In this document: piece after piece, positions 46,201 to 59,700 of the stretch | How the letters are laid out: each line of letters begins with the position of its first letter | Position numbering within the stretch: position 1 is the first letter of the stretch | Assembly: GCA_964016885.1 (NCBI GenBank) | Contig: OZ024743.1 | Coordinates: 142,166,001-142,230,000, forward strand | DNA length: 64,000 nucleotides | From: Eledone cirrhosa | Lineage: Eukaryota | Direction: 5' to 3' | Position numbers and translations under genes: made by a program | The notes under the pieces: model-generated | Told to the model about the DNA's origin: nothing | What the model saw: only the letters and a program-made list of their open reading frames with translations | Databases searched by the model: none

Positions 46201-49200
46201 CAAACACCGAACACCAAACACCAAGCACCAAACACCAAGCACCAAGCACCAAACACCAAACCCCAAGCACCAAGCACCAAGCACCAAACACCAAACACCA
46301 AGCACCAAACACCAAACACCAAGCACCAAGCACCAAACACCAAACAACAAGCACCAGGCACCAAGCACCAAACACCAAACACCAAGCACGCAGCATCAAA
46401 CACCAAGCACCAAGCACCAAACACCAAACACCAAGCACCAAACACCAGCCACCAAGCACCAAGCACCAAACACCAAACACCAAGCACTAAGCACCAAACA
46501 CCAAACAACAAGCAGCAGGCACCAAGCACCAAACACCAAACACCAAGCACGCAGCACCAAACACCAAGCACCAAGCACCAAGCACCAAACACCAAACAGC
46601 AAGCACCAAGCACCAAACACCAAGCACCAAACACCAAACACCAAACACCAAGCACCAAGCACCAAACAGCAAGCACCAAACACCAAGCACCAAACACCAA
46701 GCAAAAAGCACAAAACACCAAGCACCAATCACCAAACACCAAACACCAAGCAGCAAGCAGCAAGCACCAAACACCAAACACCATGCACCAAGCACCAAGC
46801 TCCAAACACTTAACACCAAGCACCAAGCACGAAACACCAAGCACCAAAAACGAAACACCAAGCACCAACTACTAAACACCAAGCACCAAGCACCAAACAC
46901 CAAGCACCAAGCACCAATCACCAAACACCAAGAACCAAGCACCAAACACTAAGCAGCAAGGACCAAGCAACAGGCACCAAGCACCAAGCACCAAACACAA
47001 AACACCAAGCACCAAGCACCAAGCAGCAAACACCAAGCATCAAACACCAAACACCAAACACCAAGCACCAAACACCAAGCACCAAGCACCAAACACCAAA
47101 CCCCAAGTACCAAGCACTAAGCACCAAACACCAAACACCAAGCACCAAACACCAAACACCGAGCACCAAGCACCAAACACCAAACAACAAGCACCAGGCA
47201 CCAAGCACCAAACACCAAACACCAAGCACGCAGCATCAAACACCAAGCACCAAGCACCAAACACCAAACACCAAGCACCAAACACCAGCCACCAAGCACC
47301 AAGCACCAAACACCAAACACCAAGCACTAAGCACCAAACACCAAACAACAAGCAGCAGGCACCAAGCACCAAACACCAAACACCAAGCACGCAGCACCAA
47401 ACACCAAGCACCAAGCACCAAGCACCAAACACCAAACAGCAAGCACCAAGCACCAAACACCAAGCACCAAACACCAAACACCAAACACCAAGCACCAAGC
47501 ACCAAACAGCAAGCACCAAACACCAAGCACCAAACACCAAGCAAAAAGCACAAAACACCAAGCACCAATCACCAAACACCAAACACCAAGCAGCAAGCAG
47601 CAAGCACCAAACACCAAACACCAAGCAGCAAGCAGCAAGCACCAAATACCAAACACCAAGCACCAAGCACCAAATACCAAACACCAAGCACCAAGGACCA
47701 AACATCAAACACCAAGCACCAAGCACCAAACGCCTAACACCAAGCACCAAGCACCAAGCACCAAGCACCAAACACCAAGCACCAATCACCAAACACCTAG
47801 CACCAAGCACCAAACACCAAGCACCAGGCACCAAGCACCAAACACCAAGCACCAAGCACCAAACTCCAAGCACCAACCACAAAGCACCAAGCACCAAACA
47901 CCAAACCCCAAGCACCAAACACCAAACCTCAAGCACCAAGCACCAAACACTAATCACCAAACACCAAGCACCAAACAACAAGCACAAAGCACCAAGCACC
48001 AGGCACCAAGCACCAAGCACCAAACACTAATCACCAAGCACCAAGCACCAAGCACCAAACACCAAGCACCAAGCACAAAGCACCAAACACCAAGCACCAA
48101 GCACCAAAGACCAAACACCAAGCACCAAAGACCAAGCACCAAGCACCAAGCACCAAACAATAAGCACCAAGCACCAAGCACCAAACACCAAGCACCAAGC
48201 ACCAAACACCAACCACCCAGCACCAAGCACCAAGCACCAAACACCAAGCACCAAACACCAAACACCAAACACCAAGCACCAAGCACCAAGCACCAAACAC
48301 CAAGCACCAAGCACTAAGCACCAAACACCAAGCCCCAAGCACCAAGCACCAAATACCAAACACCAAGTACCAAGCACCAAACACCAAGCACCAAGCACCA
48401 AGCACCTAGCACCAAACACCAAACACCAAGCAAAAAGCACAAAACACCAAGCACCAATCACCAAGCACGAAACACCAAGCAGCAAGCAGCAAGCACCAAA
48501 CACCAAACACCAAGCACCAAACACCAAATACCAAACACCAAGCACCAAGGACCAAACATCAAACACCAAGCACCAAGCACCAAGCACCAAGCACCAAACA
48601 CCAAGCACCAATCACCAAACACCAAGCACCAAGCACCAAACACCAAGCACCAAACTCAAAGCACCAAGCTCCAAACACCAAACCCCAAGCACCAAACACC
48701 AAACCTCAAGCACCAAGCACCAAACACTAATCACCAAGCACCAGGCACCAAACCACAAGCACAAAGCACCAAGCACCAAACAACAAGCAAAGTACAAACA
48801 CCAAACACCAAGCACCAAACACTAAGCACCAAGCACCAAGCACCAAGCACCAAACATTAAGCACCAAGCACCAAGCACCAAACACCGAGCACCAAACACC
48901 AACCACCCAGCACCAAGCACCAAGCACCAAACACCAAGCACCAAACACCAAACACCAAACACCAAGCACCAAGCACCAAGCAACAAACACCAAGCACCAA
49001 GCACTAAGCACCAAACACCAAGCCCCAAGCACCAAGCACCAAATACCAAACACCAAGTACCAAGCACCAAACACCAAGCACCAAGCACCAAGCACCTAGC
49101 ACCAAACACCAAACACCAAGCACCAAGCACCAAACACCAAGCACCAATCACCAAGCACCAAACACCAAGCAGCAAGCAGCAAGCACCAAACACCAAACAC

Positions 49201-52200
49201 CAAGCACCAAGCACCAAACACCAAGCACCAAGGACCAAACATCAAACACCAAGCACCAAGCACCAAACACCTAACACCAAGCACCAAGCACCAAGCACCA
49301 AGCACCGAACACCAAGCACATAACACCAAGCACCAAACACCAAGCAACAAGCACCAAACACCAAGCACCAAACACCAAGCACCAAGAACCAAGCACCAAA
49401 CACCAAGCACCAGGCACCAAGCACCAAACACCAAGCACCATGCACCAAGCACCAAGCCCCAAACACTTAACACCAAGCACCAAGCACCAAGCACCAAACA
49501 CCAATCACCAAAAACCAAACACCAAGCACCAAGTACCAAACACCAAGCACCAAGCACCAAACAACAAGCACCAAGCACCAATCACCAAACACCAAGAACC
49601 AAGCACCAAGCACCAAACACCAAGCACCAAACACCAAACACCAAGCACCAAGCACCAAGCACCAAGCACCAAACACCAAGCACCAAGCACTAAGCACCAA
49701 ACACCAAGCCCCAAGCACCAAGCACCAAACACCAAACACCAAGCACCAAGCACCAAACACCAAGCACCAAGCACCAAGCACCTAGCACCAAACACCAAAC
49801 ACCAAGAACCAAGCACCAAACACCACACACCAATCACCTAGCACCAAACACCAAGCATCAAGCACCAGACACCAAGCACCAAGGACCAAACATCAAACAC
49901 CAAGCACCAAGCACCAAACACCTAACACCAAGCACCAAGCACCAAGCACCAAGCACCAAAGACCAAGCACCAAAGACCAAGCACCAAGCACCAAGCACCA
50001 AATACCAAGCACCAGGCACCAAGCACCAAACACCAAGCACCATGCACCAAGCACCAAGCTCCAAACACTTAACACCAAGCACCAAGCACGAAACACCAAG
50101 CATCAAAAACCAAACACCAAGCACCAACTACTAAACACCAAGCACCAAGCACCAAACACCAAGCACCAAGCACCAATCACCAAACACCAAGAACCAAGCA
50201 CCAAACACTAAGCAGCAAGGACCAAGCAACAGGCACCAAGCACCAAGCACCAAACACAAAACACCAAGCACCAAGCACCAAGCAGCAAACACCAAGCATC
50301 AAACACCAAACACCAAACACCAAGCACCAAACACCAAGCACCAAGCACCAAACACCAAACCCCAAGCACCAAGCACCAAGCACCAAACACCAAACACCAA
50401 GCACCAAACACCAAACACCAAGCACCAAGCACCAAACACCAAACAACAAGCACCAGGCACCAAGCACCAAACACCAAACACCAAGCACGCAGCATCAAAC
50501 ACCAAGCACCAAGCACCAAACACCAAACACCAAGCACCAAACACCAGCCACCAAGCACCAAGCACCAAACACCAAACACCAAGCACTAAGCACCAAACAC
50601 CAAACAACAAGCAGCAGGCACCAAGCACCAAACACCAAACACCAAGCACGCAGCACCAAACACCAAGCACCAAGCACCAAGCACCAAACACCAAACAGCA
50701 AGCACCAAGCACCAAACACCAAGCACCAAACACCAAACACCAAACACCAAGCACCAAGCACCAAACAGCAAGCACCAAACACCAAGCACCAAACACCAAG
50801 CAAAAAGCACAAAACACCAAGCACCAATCACCAAACACCAAACACCAAGCAGCAAGCAGCAAGCACCAAACACCAAACACCATGCACCAAGCACCAAGCT
50901 CCAAACACTTAACACCAAGCACCAAGCACGAAACACCAAGCACCAAAAACCAAACACCAAGCACCAACTACTAAACACCAAGCACCAAGCACCAAACACC
51001 AAGCACCAAGCACCAATCACCAAACACCAAGAACCAAGCACCAAACACTAAGCAGCAAGGACCAAGCAACAGGCACCAAGCACCAAGCACCAAACACAAA
51101 ACACCAAGCACCAAGCACCAAGCAGCAAACACCAAGCATCAAACACCAAACACCAAACACCAAGCACCAAACACCAAGCACCAAGCACCAAACACCAAAC
51201 CCCAAGCACCAAGCACCAAGCACCAAACACCAAACACCAAGCACCAAACACCAAACACCAAGCACCAAGCACCAAACACCAAACAACAAGCACCAGGCAC
51301 CAAGCACCAAACACCAAACACCAAGCACGCAGCATCAAACACCAAGCACCAAGCACCAAACACCAAACACCAAGCACCAAACACCAGCCACCAAGCACCA
51401 AGCACCAAACACCACACACCAAGCACTAAGCACCAAACACCAAACAACAAGCAGCAGGCACCAAGCACCAAACACCAAACACCAAGCACGCAGCACCAAA
51501 CACCAAGCACCAAGCACCAAGCACCAAACACCAAACAGCAAGCACCAAGCACCAAACACCAAGCACCAAACACCAAACACCAAACACCAAGCACCAAGCA
51601 CCAAACAGCAAGCACCAAACACCAAGCACCAAACACCAAGCAAAAAGCACAAAACACCAAGCACCAATCACCAAACACCAAACACCAAGCAGCAAGCAGC
51701 AAGCACCAAACACCAAACACCAAGCAGCAAGCAGCAAGCACCAAATACCAAACACCAAGCACCAAGCACCAAATACCAAACACCAAGCACCAAGGACCAA
51801 ACATCAAACACCAAGCACCAAGCACCAAACGCCTAACACCAAGCACCAAGCACCAAGCACCAAGCACCAAACACCAAGCACCAATCACCAAACACCAAGC
51901 ACCAAGCACCAAACACCAAGCACCAGGCACCAAGCACCAAACACCAAGCACCAAGCACCAAACTCCAAGCACCAACCACAAAGCACCAAGCACCAAACAC
52001 CAAACCCCAAGCACCAAACACCAAACCTCAAGCACCAAGCACCAAACACTAATCACCAAACACCAAGCACCAAACAACAAGCACAAAGCACCAAGCACCA
52101 GGCACCAAGCACCAAGCACCAAACACTAATCACCAAGCACCAAGCACCAAGCACCAAACACCAAGCACCAAGCACCAAGCACCAAACACCAAGCACCAAG

Positions 52201-53690
52201 CACCAAAGACCAAACACCAAGCACCAAAGACCAAGCACCAAGCACCAAGCACCAAACAATAAGCACCAAGCACCAAGCACCAAACACCAAGCACCAAGCA
52301 CCAAACACCAACCACCCAGCACCAAGCACCAAGCACCAAACACCAAGCACCAAACACCAAACACCAAGCACCAAGCACCAAGCACCAAACACCAAGCACC
52401 AAGCACTAAGCACCAAACACCAAGCCCCAAGCACCAAGCACCAAATACCAAACACCAAGTACCAAGCACCAAACACCAAGCACCAAGCACCAAGCACCTA
52501 GCACCAAACACCAAACACCAAGCAAAAAGCACAAAACACCAAGCACCAATCACCAAGCACGAAACACCAAGCAGCAAGCAGCAAGCACCAAACACCAAAC
52601 ACCAAGCACCAAACACCAAATACCAAACACCAAGCACCAAGGACCAAACATCAAACACCAAGCACCAAGCACCAAGCACCAAGCACCAAACACCAAGCAC
52701 CAATCACCAAACACCAAGCACCAAGCACCAAACACCAAGCACCAAACTCAAAGCACCAAGCTCCAAACACCAAACCCCAAGCACCAAACACCAAACCTCA
52801 AGCACCAAGCACCAAACACTAATCACCAAGCACCAGGCACCAAACAACAAGCACAAAGCACCAAGCACCAAACAACAAGCAAAGCACCAAACACCAAACA
52901 CCAAGCACCAAACACTAAGCACCAAGCACCAAGCACCAAGCACCAAACATTAAGCACCAAGCACCAAGCACCAAACACCGAGCACCAAACACCAACCACC
53001 CAGCACCAAGCACCAAGCACCAAACACCAAGCACCAAACACCAAACACCAAACACCAAGCACCAAGCACCAAGCAACAAACACCAAGCACCAAGCACTAA
53101 GCACCAAACACCAAGCCCCAAGCACCAAGCACCAAATACCAAACACCAAGTACCAAGCACCAAACACCAAGCACCAACCACCAAGCACCTAGCACCAAAC
53201 ACCAAACACCAAGCACCAAGCACCAAACACCAAGCACCAATCACCAAGCACCAAACACCAAGCAGCAAGCAGCAAGCACCAAACACCAAACACCAAGCAC
53301 CAAGCACCAAACACCAAGCACCAAGGACCAAACATCAAACACCAAGCACCAAGCACCAAACACCTAACACCAAGCACCAAGCACCAAGCACCAAGCACTG
53401 AACACCAAGCACATAACACCAAGCACCAAACACCAAGCAACAAGCACCAAACACCAAGCACCAAACACCAAGCACCAAGAACCAAGCACCAAACACCAAG
53501 CACCAGGCACCAAGCACCAAACACCAAGCACCATGCACCAAGCACCAAGCCCCAAACACTTAACACCAAGCACCAAGCACCAAGCACCAAACACCAATCA
53601 CCAAAAACCAAACACCAATCACCAAGTACCAAACACCAAGCACCAAGCACCAAACAACAAGCACCAAGCACCAATCACCAAACACCAAGA
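45490..53690 (+). repeat. Tandem duplication of a ~4.1 kb unit, each copy carrying a tandem 840-bp (120-monomer) duplication
   Basis: Offsets are 4099 (45759..46028/49858..50127; 47040..48023/51139..52122) and 4092-4093 (48458/52550; 49096/53189). The 840 offset is seen at 46078/46918 and 50177/51017. Confidence 0.92.
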
Positions 53691-56600
53691 ACCAAGCACC
53701 AAACACCAAGCACCAAGCACCAAGCACCAGGCACCAAGCACCAAGCACCAAACACAAAACACCAAGCACCAAGCACCAAGCAGCAAACACCAAGCATCAA
53801 ACACCAAACACCAAACACCAAGCACCAAACACCAAGCACCAAGCACCAAACACGAAACACCAAGCACCAAGCACCAAGCACCAAACACCAAACACCAAGC
53901 ACCAAACACCAGATACCAAGCACCAAGCACCAAACACCAAACACCAAGCACCAAGCACCAAACACCAAACATCAAGCACCAGGCACCAAGCACCAAACAC
54001 CAAACACCAAGCACCAAGCACCAAACACCAAACACCAAGCACGCAGCATCAAACACCAAGCACCAAGCACCAAGCACCAAACACCAAGCACCAAGCACCA
54101 AACACCAAGCACCAAACACAAAGCACCAAGCACCAAACACCAAGCACCAAGCACCAAACACCAAGCACCAAGCACCAAACACCAAACCACAAGCACCAAA
54201 CACCAAACACCAAACCCCAAGCACCAAGCACCAAACACTAATCACCAAGCACCAAGCACCAAACAACAAGCACCAAGCACCAAGCACCAGGCACCAAGCA
54301 CCAAGCACCAAACACTAATCACCAAGCACCAAGCACCAAGCACCAAACACCAAGCACCAAGCACCAAGCACCAAACACCAAGCACCAAGCACCAAACACC
54401 AAACACCAAGATCCAAAGACCGAGCACCAAGCACCAAGCACCAAGCACCAAACAATAAGCACCAAGCACCAAACACCAAGCACCAAGCACCAAACACCAA
54501 CCACCCAGCACCAAGCACCAAGCACCAAACACCAAGCACCAAACACCAAACACCAAGCACCAAGCACCAAGCACCAAGCACCAAACACCAAGCACCAAGC
54601 ACTAAGCACCAAACACCAAGCCCCAAGCACCAAGCACCAAATACTAAACACCAAGCACCAAGCACCAAACACCAAGCACCAAGCACCAAGCACCTAGCAC
54701 CAAACACCAAGCAGCAAGCAGCAAGCACCAAACACCAAACACCAAGCACCAAGCACCAAACACCAAGCACCAAGGACCAAACATCAAACACCAAGCACCA
54801 AGCACCAAACACCTAACACCAAGCACCAAGCACCAAGCACCAAGCACCGAACACCAAGCACCAAACACCAAGCACCAAACACCAAGCACCAAGCACCAAA
54901 CACCAAGCACCAAGCACCAAGCACCAAACACCAAACACCAAGCACCAAGCACCAAACACCAAACAACAAGCACCAGGCACCAAGCACCAAACACCAAACA
55001 CCAAGCACCAAGCACCAAACACCAAACACCAAGCACGCAGCATCAAACACCAAGCACCAAGCACCAAGCACCAAACACCAAGCACCAAGCACCAAACACC
55101 AAGCACCAAAAACAAAGCACCAAGCACCAAACACCAAGCACCAAGCACCAAACACCAAGCACCAAGCACCAAACACCAAACCACAAGCACCAAACACCAA
55201 ACACCAAACCCCAAGCACCAAGCACCAAACACTAATCACCAAGCACCAAGCACCAAACAACAAGCACCAAGCACCAAGCACCAGGCACCAAGCACCAAGC
55301 ACCAAACAGTAATCACCAAGCACCAAGCACCAAGCACCAAACACCAAGCACCAAGCACCAAGCACCAAACACCAAGCACCAAGCACCAAGCACCAAACAC
55401 CAAACACCAAGATCCAAAGACCGAGCACCAAGCACCAAGCACCAAGCACCAAACAATAAGCACCAAGCACCAAACACCAAGCACCAAGCACCAAACACCA
55501 ACCACCCAGCACCAAGCACCAAGCACCAAACACCAAGCACCAAACACCAAACACCAAGCACCAAGCACCAAGCACCAAGCACCAAACACCAAGCACCAAG
55601 CACTAAGCACCAAACACCAAGCCCCAAGCACCAAGCACCAAAGACCAAACACCAAGCACCAAGCACCAAACACCAAGCACCAAGCACCAAGCACCTAGCA
55701 CCAAACACCAAGCAGCAAGCAGCAAGCACCAAACACCAAACACCAAGCACCAAGCACCAAACACCAAGCACCAAGGACCAAACATCAAACACCAAGCACC
55801 AAGCACCAAACACCTAACACCAAGCACCAAGCACCAAGCACCAAGCACCGAACACCAAGCACCAAACACCAAGCACCAAACACCAAGCACCAGGCACCAA
55901 GCACCAAACACCAAGCACCATGCACCAAGCACCAAGCCCCAAACACTTAACACCAAGCACCAAGCACCAAACACCAATCACCAAAAACCAAACACCAAGC
56001 ACCAAGTACCAAACACCAAGCACCAAGCACCACACAACAAGCACCAAGCACCAATCACCAAACACCAAGAACCAAGCACCAAACACCAAGCACCAAGCAC
56101 CAAGCACCAGGCACCAAGCACCAAGCACCAAACACAAAACACCAAGCACCAAGCACCAAGCAGCAAACACCAAGCATCAAACACCAAACACCAAACACCA
56201 AGCACCAAACACCAAGCACCAAGCACCAAACACGAAACACCAAGCACCAAGCACCAAGCACCAAACACCAAACACCAAGCACCAAACACCAGATACCAAG
56301 CACCAAGCACCAAACACCAAACACCAAGCACCAAGCACCAAACACCAAACAACAAGCACCAGGCACCAAGCACCAAACACCAAACACCAAGCACCAAGCA
56401 CCAAACACCAAACACCAAGCACGCAACATCAAACACCAAGCACCAAGCACCAAGCACCAAACACCAAGCACCAAGCACTAAACACCAAGCACCAAACACA
56501 AAGCACCAAGCACCAAACACCAAGCACCAAGCACCAAACACCAAGCACCAAGCACCAAACACCAAACCACAAGCACCAAACACCAAACACCAAACCCCAA

Positions 56601-56700
56601 GCACCAAGCACCAAATACTAATCACCAAGCACCAAGCACCAAACAACAAGCACCAAGCACCAAGCACCAAACACCAAGCACCAAGCACCAAACACCAAAC
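53500..56700 (+). repeat. Nested 1001-bp (143-monomer) duplication inside a 2380-bp offset repeat
   Basis: ORF ends 54812/55813 and 54598/55599 give 1001. 53797..54042/56177..56422 and 54049..54234/56429..56614 give 2380. Confidence 0.85.
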
Positions 56701-59700
56701 ACCAAGATCCAAAGACCGAGCACCAAGCACCAAGCACCAAGCACCAAACAATAAGCACCAAGCACCAAACACCAAGCACCAAGCACCAAACACCAACCAC
56801 CCAGCACCAAGCACCAAGCACCAAACACCAAGCACCAAACACCAAACACCAAGCACCAAGCACCAAGCACGAAGCACCAAACACCAAGCACCAAGCACTA
56901 AGCACCAAACACCAAGCCCCAAGCACCAAGCACCAAACACCAAACACCAAGCACCAAGCACCAAACACCAAGCACCAAGCACCAAGCACCTAGCACCAAA
57001 CACCAAGCAGCAAGCAGCAAGCACCAAAGACCAAACACCAAGCACCAAGCACCAAACACCAAGCACCAAGGACCAAACATCAAACACCAAGCACCAAGCA
57101 CCAAACACCTAACACCAAGCACCAAGCACCAAGCACCAAGCACCGAACACCAAGCACCAAACACCAAGCACCAAACACCAATCACCAAGCACCAAACACC
57201 AAGCACCAAACAACAAGCACCAAGCACCAAGCACCAAACACCAAGCACCAGGCACCAAGCACCAAACACCAAGCACCATGCACCAAGCACCAAGCCCCAA
57301 ACACTTAACACCAAGCACCAACCACGAAACACCAAGCACCAAAAACCAAACACCAAGCACCAACTACTAAACACCAAGCACCAAGCACCAATCACAAAAC
57401 AACAAGAACCAAGCACCAAACACCAAGCACCAAGGACCAAGCAACAGGCACCAAGCACCAAGCACCAAACACAAAACACCAAGCACCAAGCACCAAGCAG
57501 CAAACACCAAGCATCAAACACCAAACACCAAACACCAAGCACCAAACACCAAGCACCAACCACCAAACACCAAACCCCAAGCACCAAGCACCAAGCACCA
57601 AACACCAAACACCAAGCACCAAACACCAAACACCAAGCACCAAGCACCAAACACCAAACAACAAGCACCAGGCACCAAGAAACAAACACCAAACACCAAG
57701 CAAACAGCATCAAAGACCAAGCACCAAGCACCAAACACCAAACACCAAGCACCAAACACCAGCCCCCAAGCACCAATCACCAAACACCAAACACCAAGCA
57801 CTAAGCACCAAACACCAAACAACAAGCAGCAGGCACCAAGCACCAAGCACCAAGCACCAAACACCAAGCACCAAGCAGCAAGCACCAAACACCAAGCACC
57901 AAGCACCAAGCACCAAGCACCAAGCACCAAACACCAAGCACCAAGCACCAAACAGCAAGCACCAAACACCAAGCACCAAACACCAAGCACCAAACACCAA
58001 ACACATAGCACCAAGCACCAAACACCAAACACCAAGCACCAAGCACCAAACACCAAGCACCAAGCACCAAGCCCCTAGCACCAAACACCAAACACCAAGC
58101 AAAAAGCACAAAACACCAAGCACCAATCACCAAACACCAAACACCAAGCAGCAAGCAGCAAGCACCAAACACCAAACACCAAGCACCAAGCACCAAATAC
58201 CAAACACCAAGCACCAAGGACCAAACATCAAACACCAAGCACCAAGCACCAAACGCCTAACACCAAGCACCAAGCACCAAGCACCAAGCACCAAACACCA
58301 AGCACCAATCACCAAACACCAAGCACCAAGCACCAAACACCAAACCACAAGCACCAAACACCAAACACCAAACCCCAAGCACCAAGCACCAAACACTAAT
58401 CACCAAGCACCAAGCACCAAACAACAAGCACCAAGCACCAAGCACCAGGCACCAAGCACCAAGCACCAAACACTAATCACCAAGCACCAAGCACCAAGCA
58501 CCAAACACCAAGCACCAAGCACCAAGCACCAAACACCAAGCACCAAGCACCAAACACCAAACACCAAGATCCAAAGACCGAGCACCAAGCACCAAGCACC
58601 AAGCACCAAACAATAAGCACCAAGCACCAAACACCAAGCACCAAGCACCAAACACCAAACACCCAGCACCAAGCACCAAGCACCAAACACCAAGCACCAA
58701 ACACCAAACAACAAGCACCAAGCACCAAGCACGAAGCACCAAACACCAAGCACCAAGCACTAAGCACCAAACACCAAGCCCCAAGCACCAAGCACCAAAC
58801 ACCAAACACCAAGCACCAAGCACCAAACACCAAGCACCAAGCACCAAGCACCTAGCACCAAACACCAAGCAGCAAGCACCAAGCACCAAAGACCAAACAC
58901 CAAGCACCAAGCACCAAACACCAAGCACCAAGGACCAAACATCAAACACCAAGCACCAAGCACCAAACACCTAACACCAAGCACCAAGCACCAAGCACCA
59001 AGCACCGAACACCAAGCACCAAACACCAAGCACCAAACACCAAGCACCAAGCACCAAACACCAAGCACCAAACAACAAGCACCAAGCACCAAGCACCAAA
59101 CACCAAGCACCAGGCACCAAGCACCAAACACCAAGCACCATGCACCAAGCACCAAGCCCCAAACACTTAACACCAAGCACCAAGCACGAAACACCAAGCA
59201 CCAAAAACCAAACACCAAGCACCAACTACTAAACACCAAGCACCAAGCACCAAACACCAAGCACCAAGCACCAATCACCAAACACCAAGAACCAAGCACT
59301 AAACACCAAGCACCAAGGACCAAGCAACAGGCACCAAGCACCAAGCACCAAACACAAAACACCAAGCACCAAGCACCAAGCAGCAAACACCAAGCATCAA
59401 ACACCAAACACCAAACACCAAGCACCAAACACCAAGCACCAACCACCAAACACCAAACCCCAAGCACCAAGCACCAAGCACCAAACACCAAACACCAAGC
59501 ACCAAACACCAAACACCAAGCACCAAGCACCAAACACCAAACAACAAGCACCAGGCACCAAGCACCAAACACCAAACACCAAGCAAACAGCATCAAAGAC
59601 CAAGCACCAAGCACCAAACACCAAACACCAAGCACTAAGCACCAAACACCAAACAACAAGCAGCAGGCACCAAGCACCAAGCACCAAGCACCAAACACCA

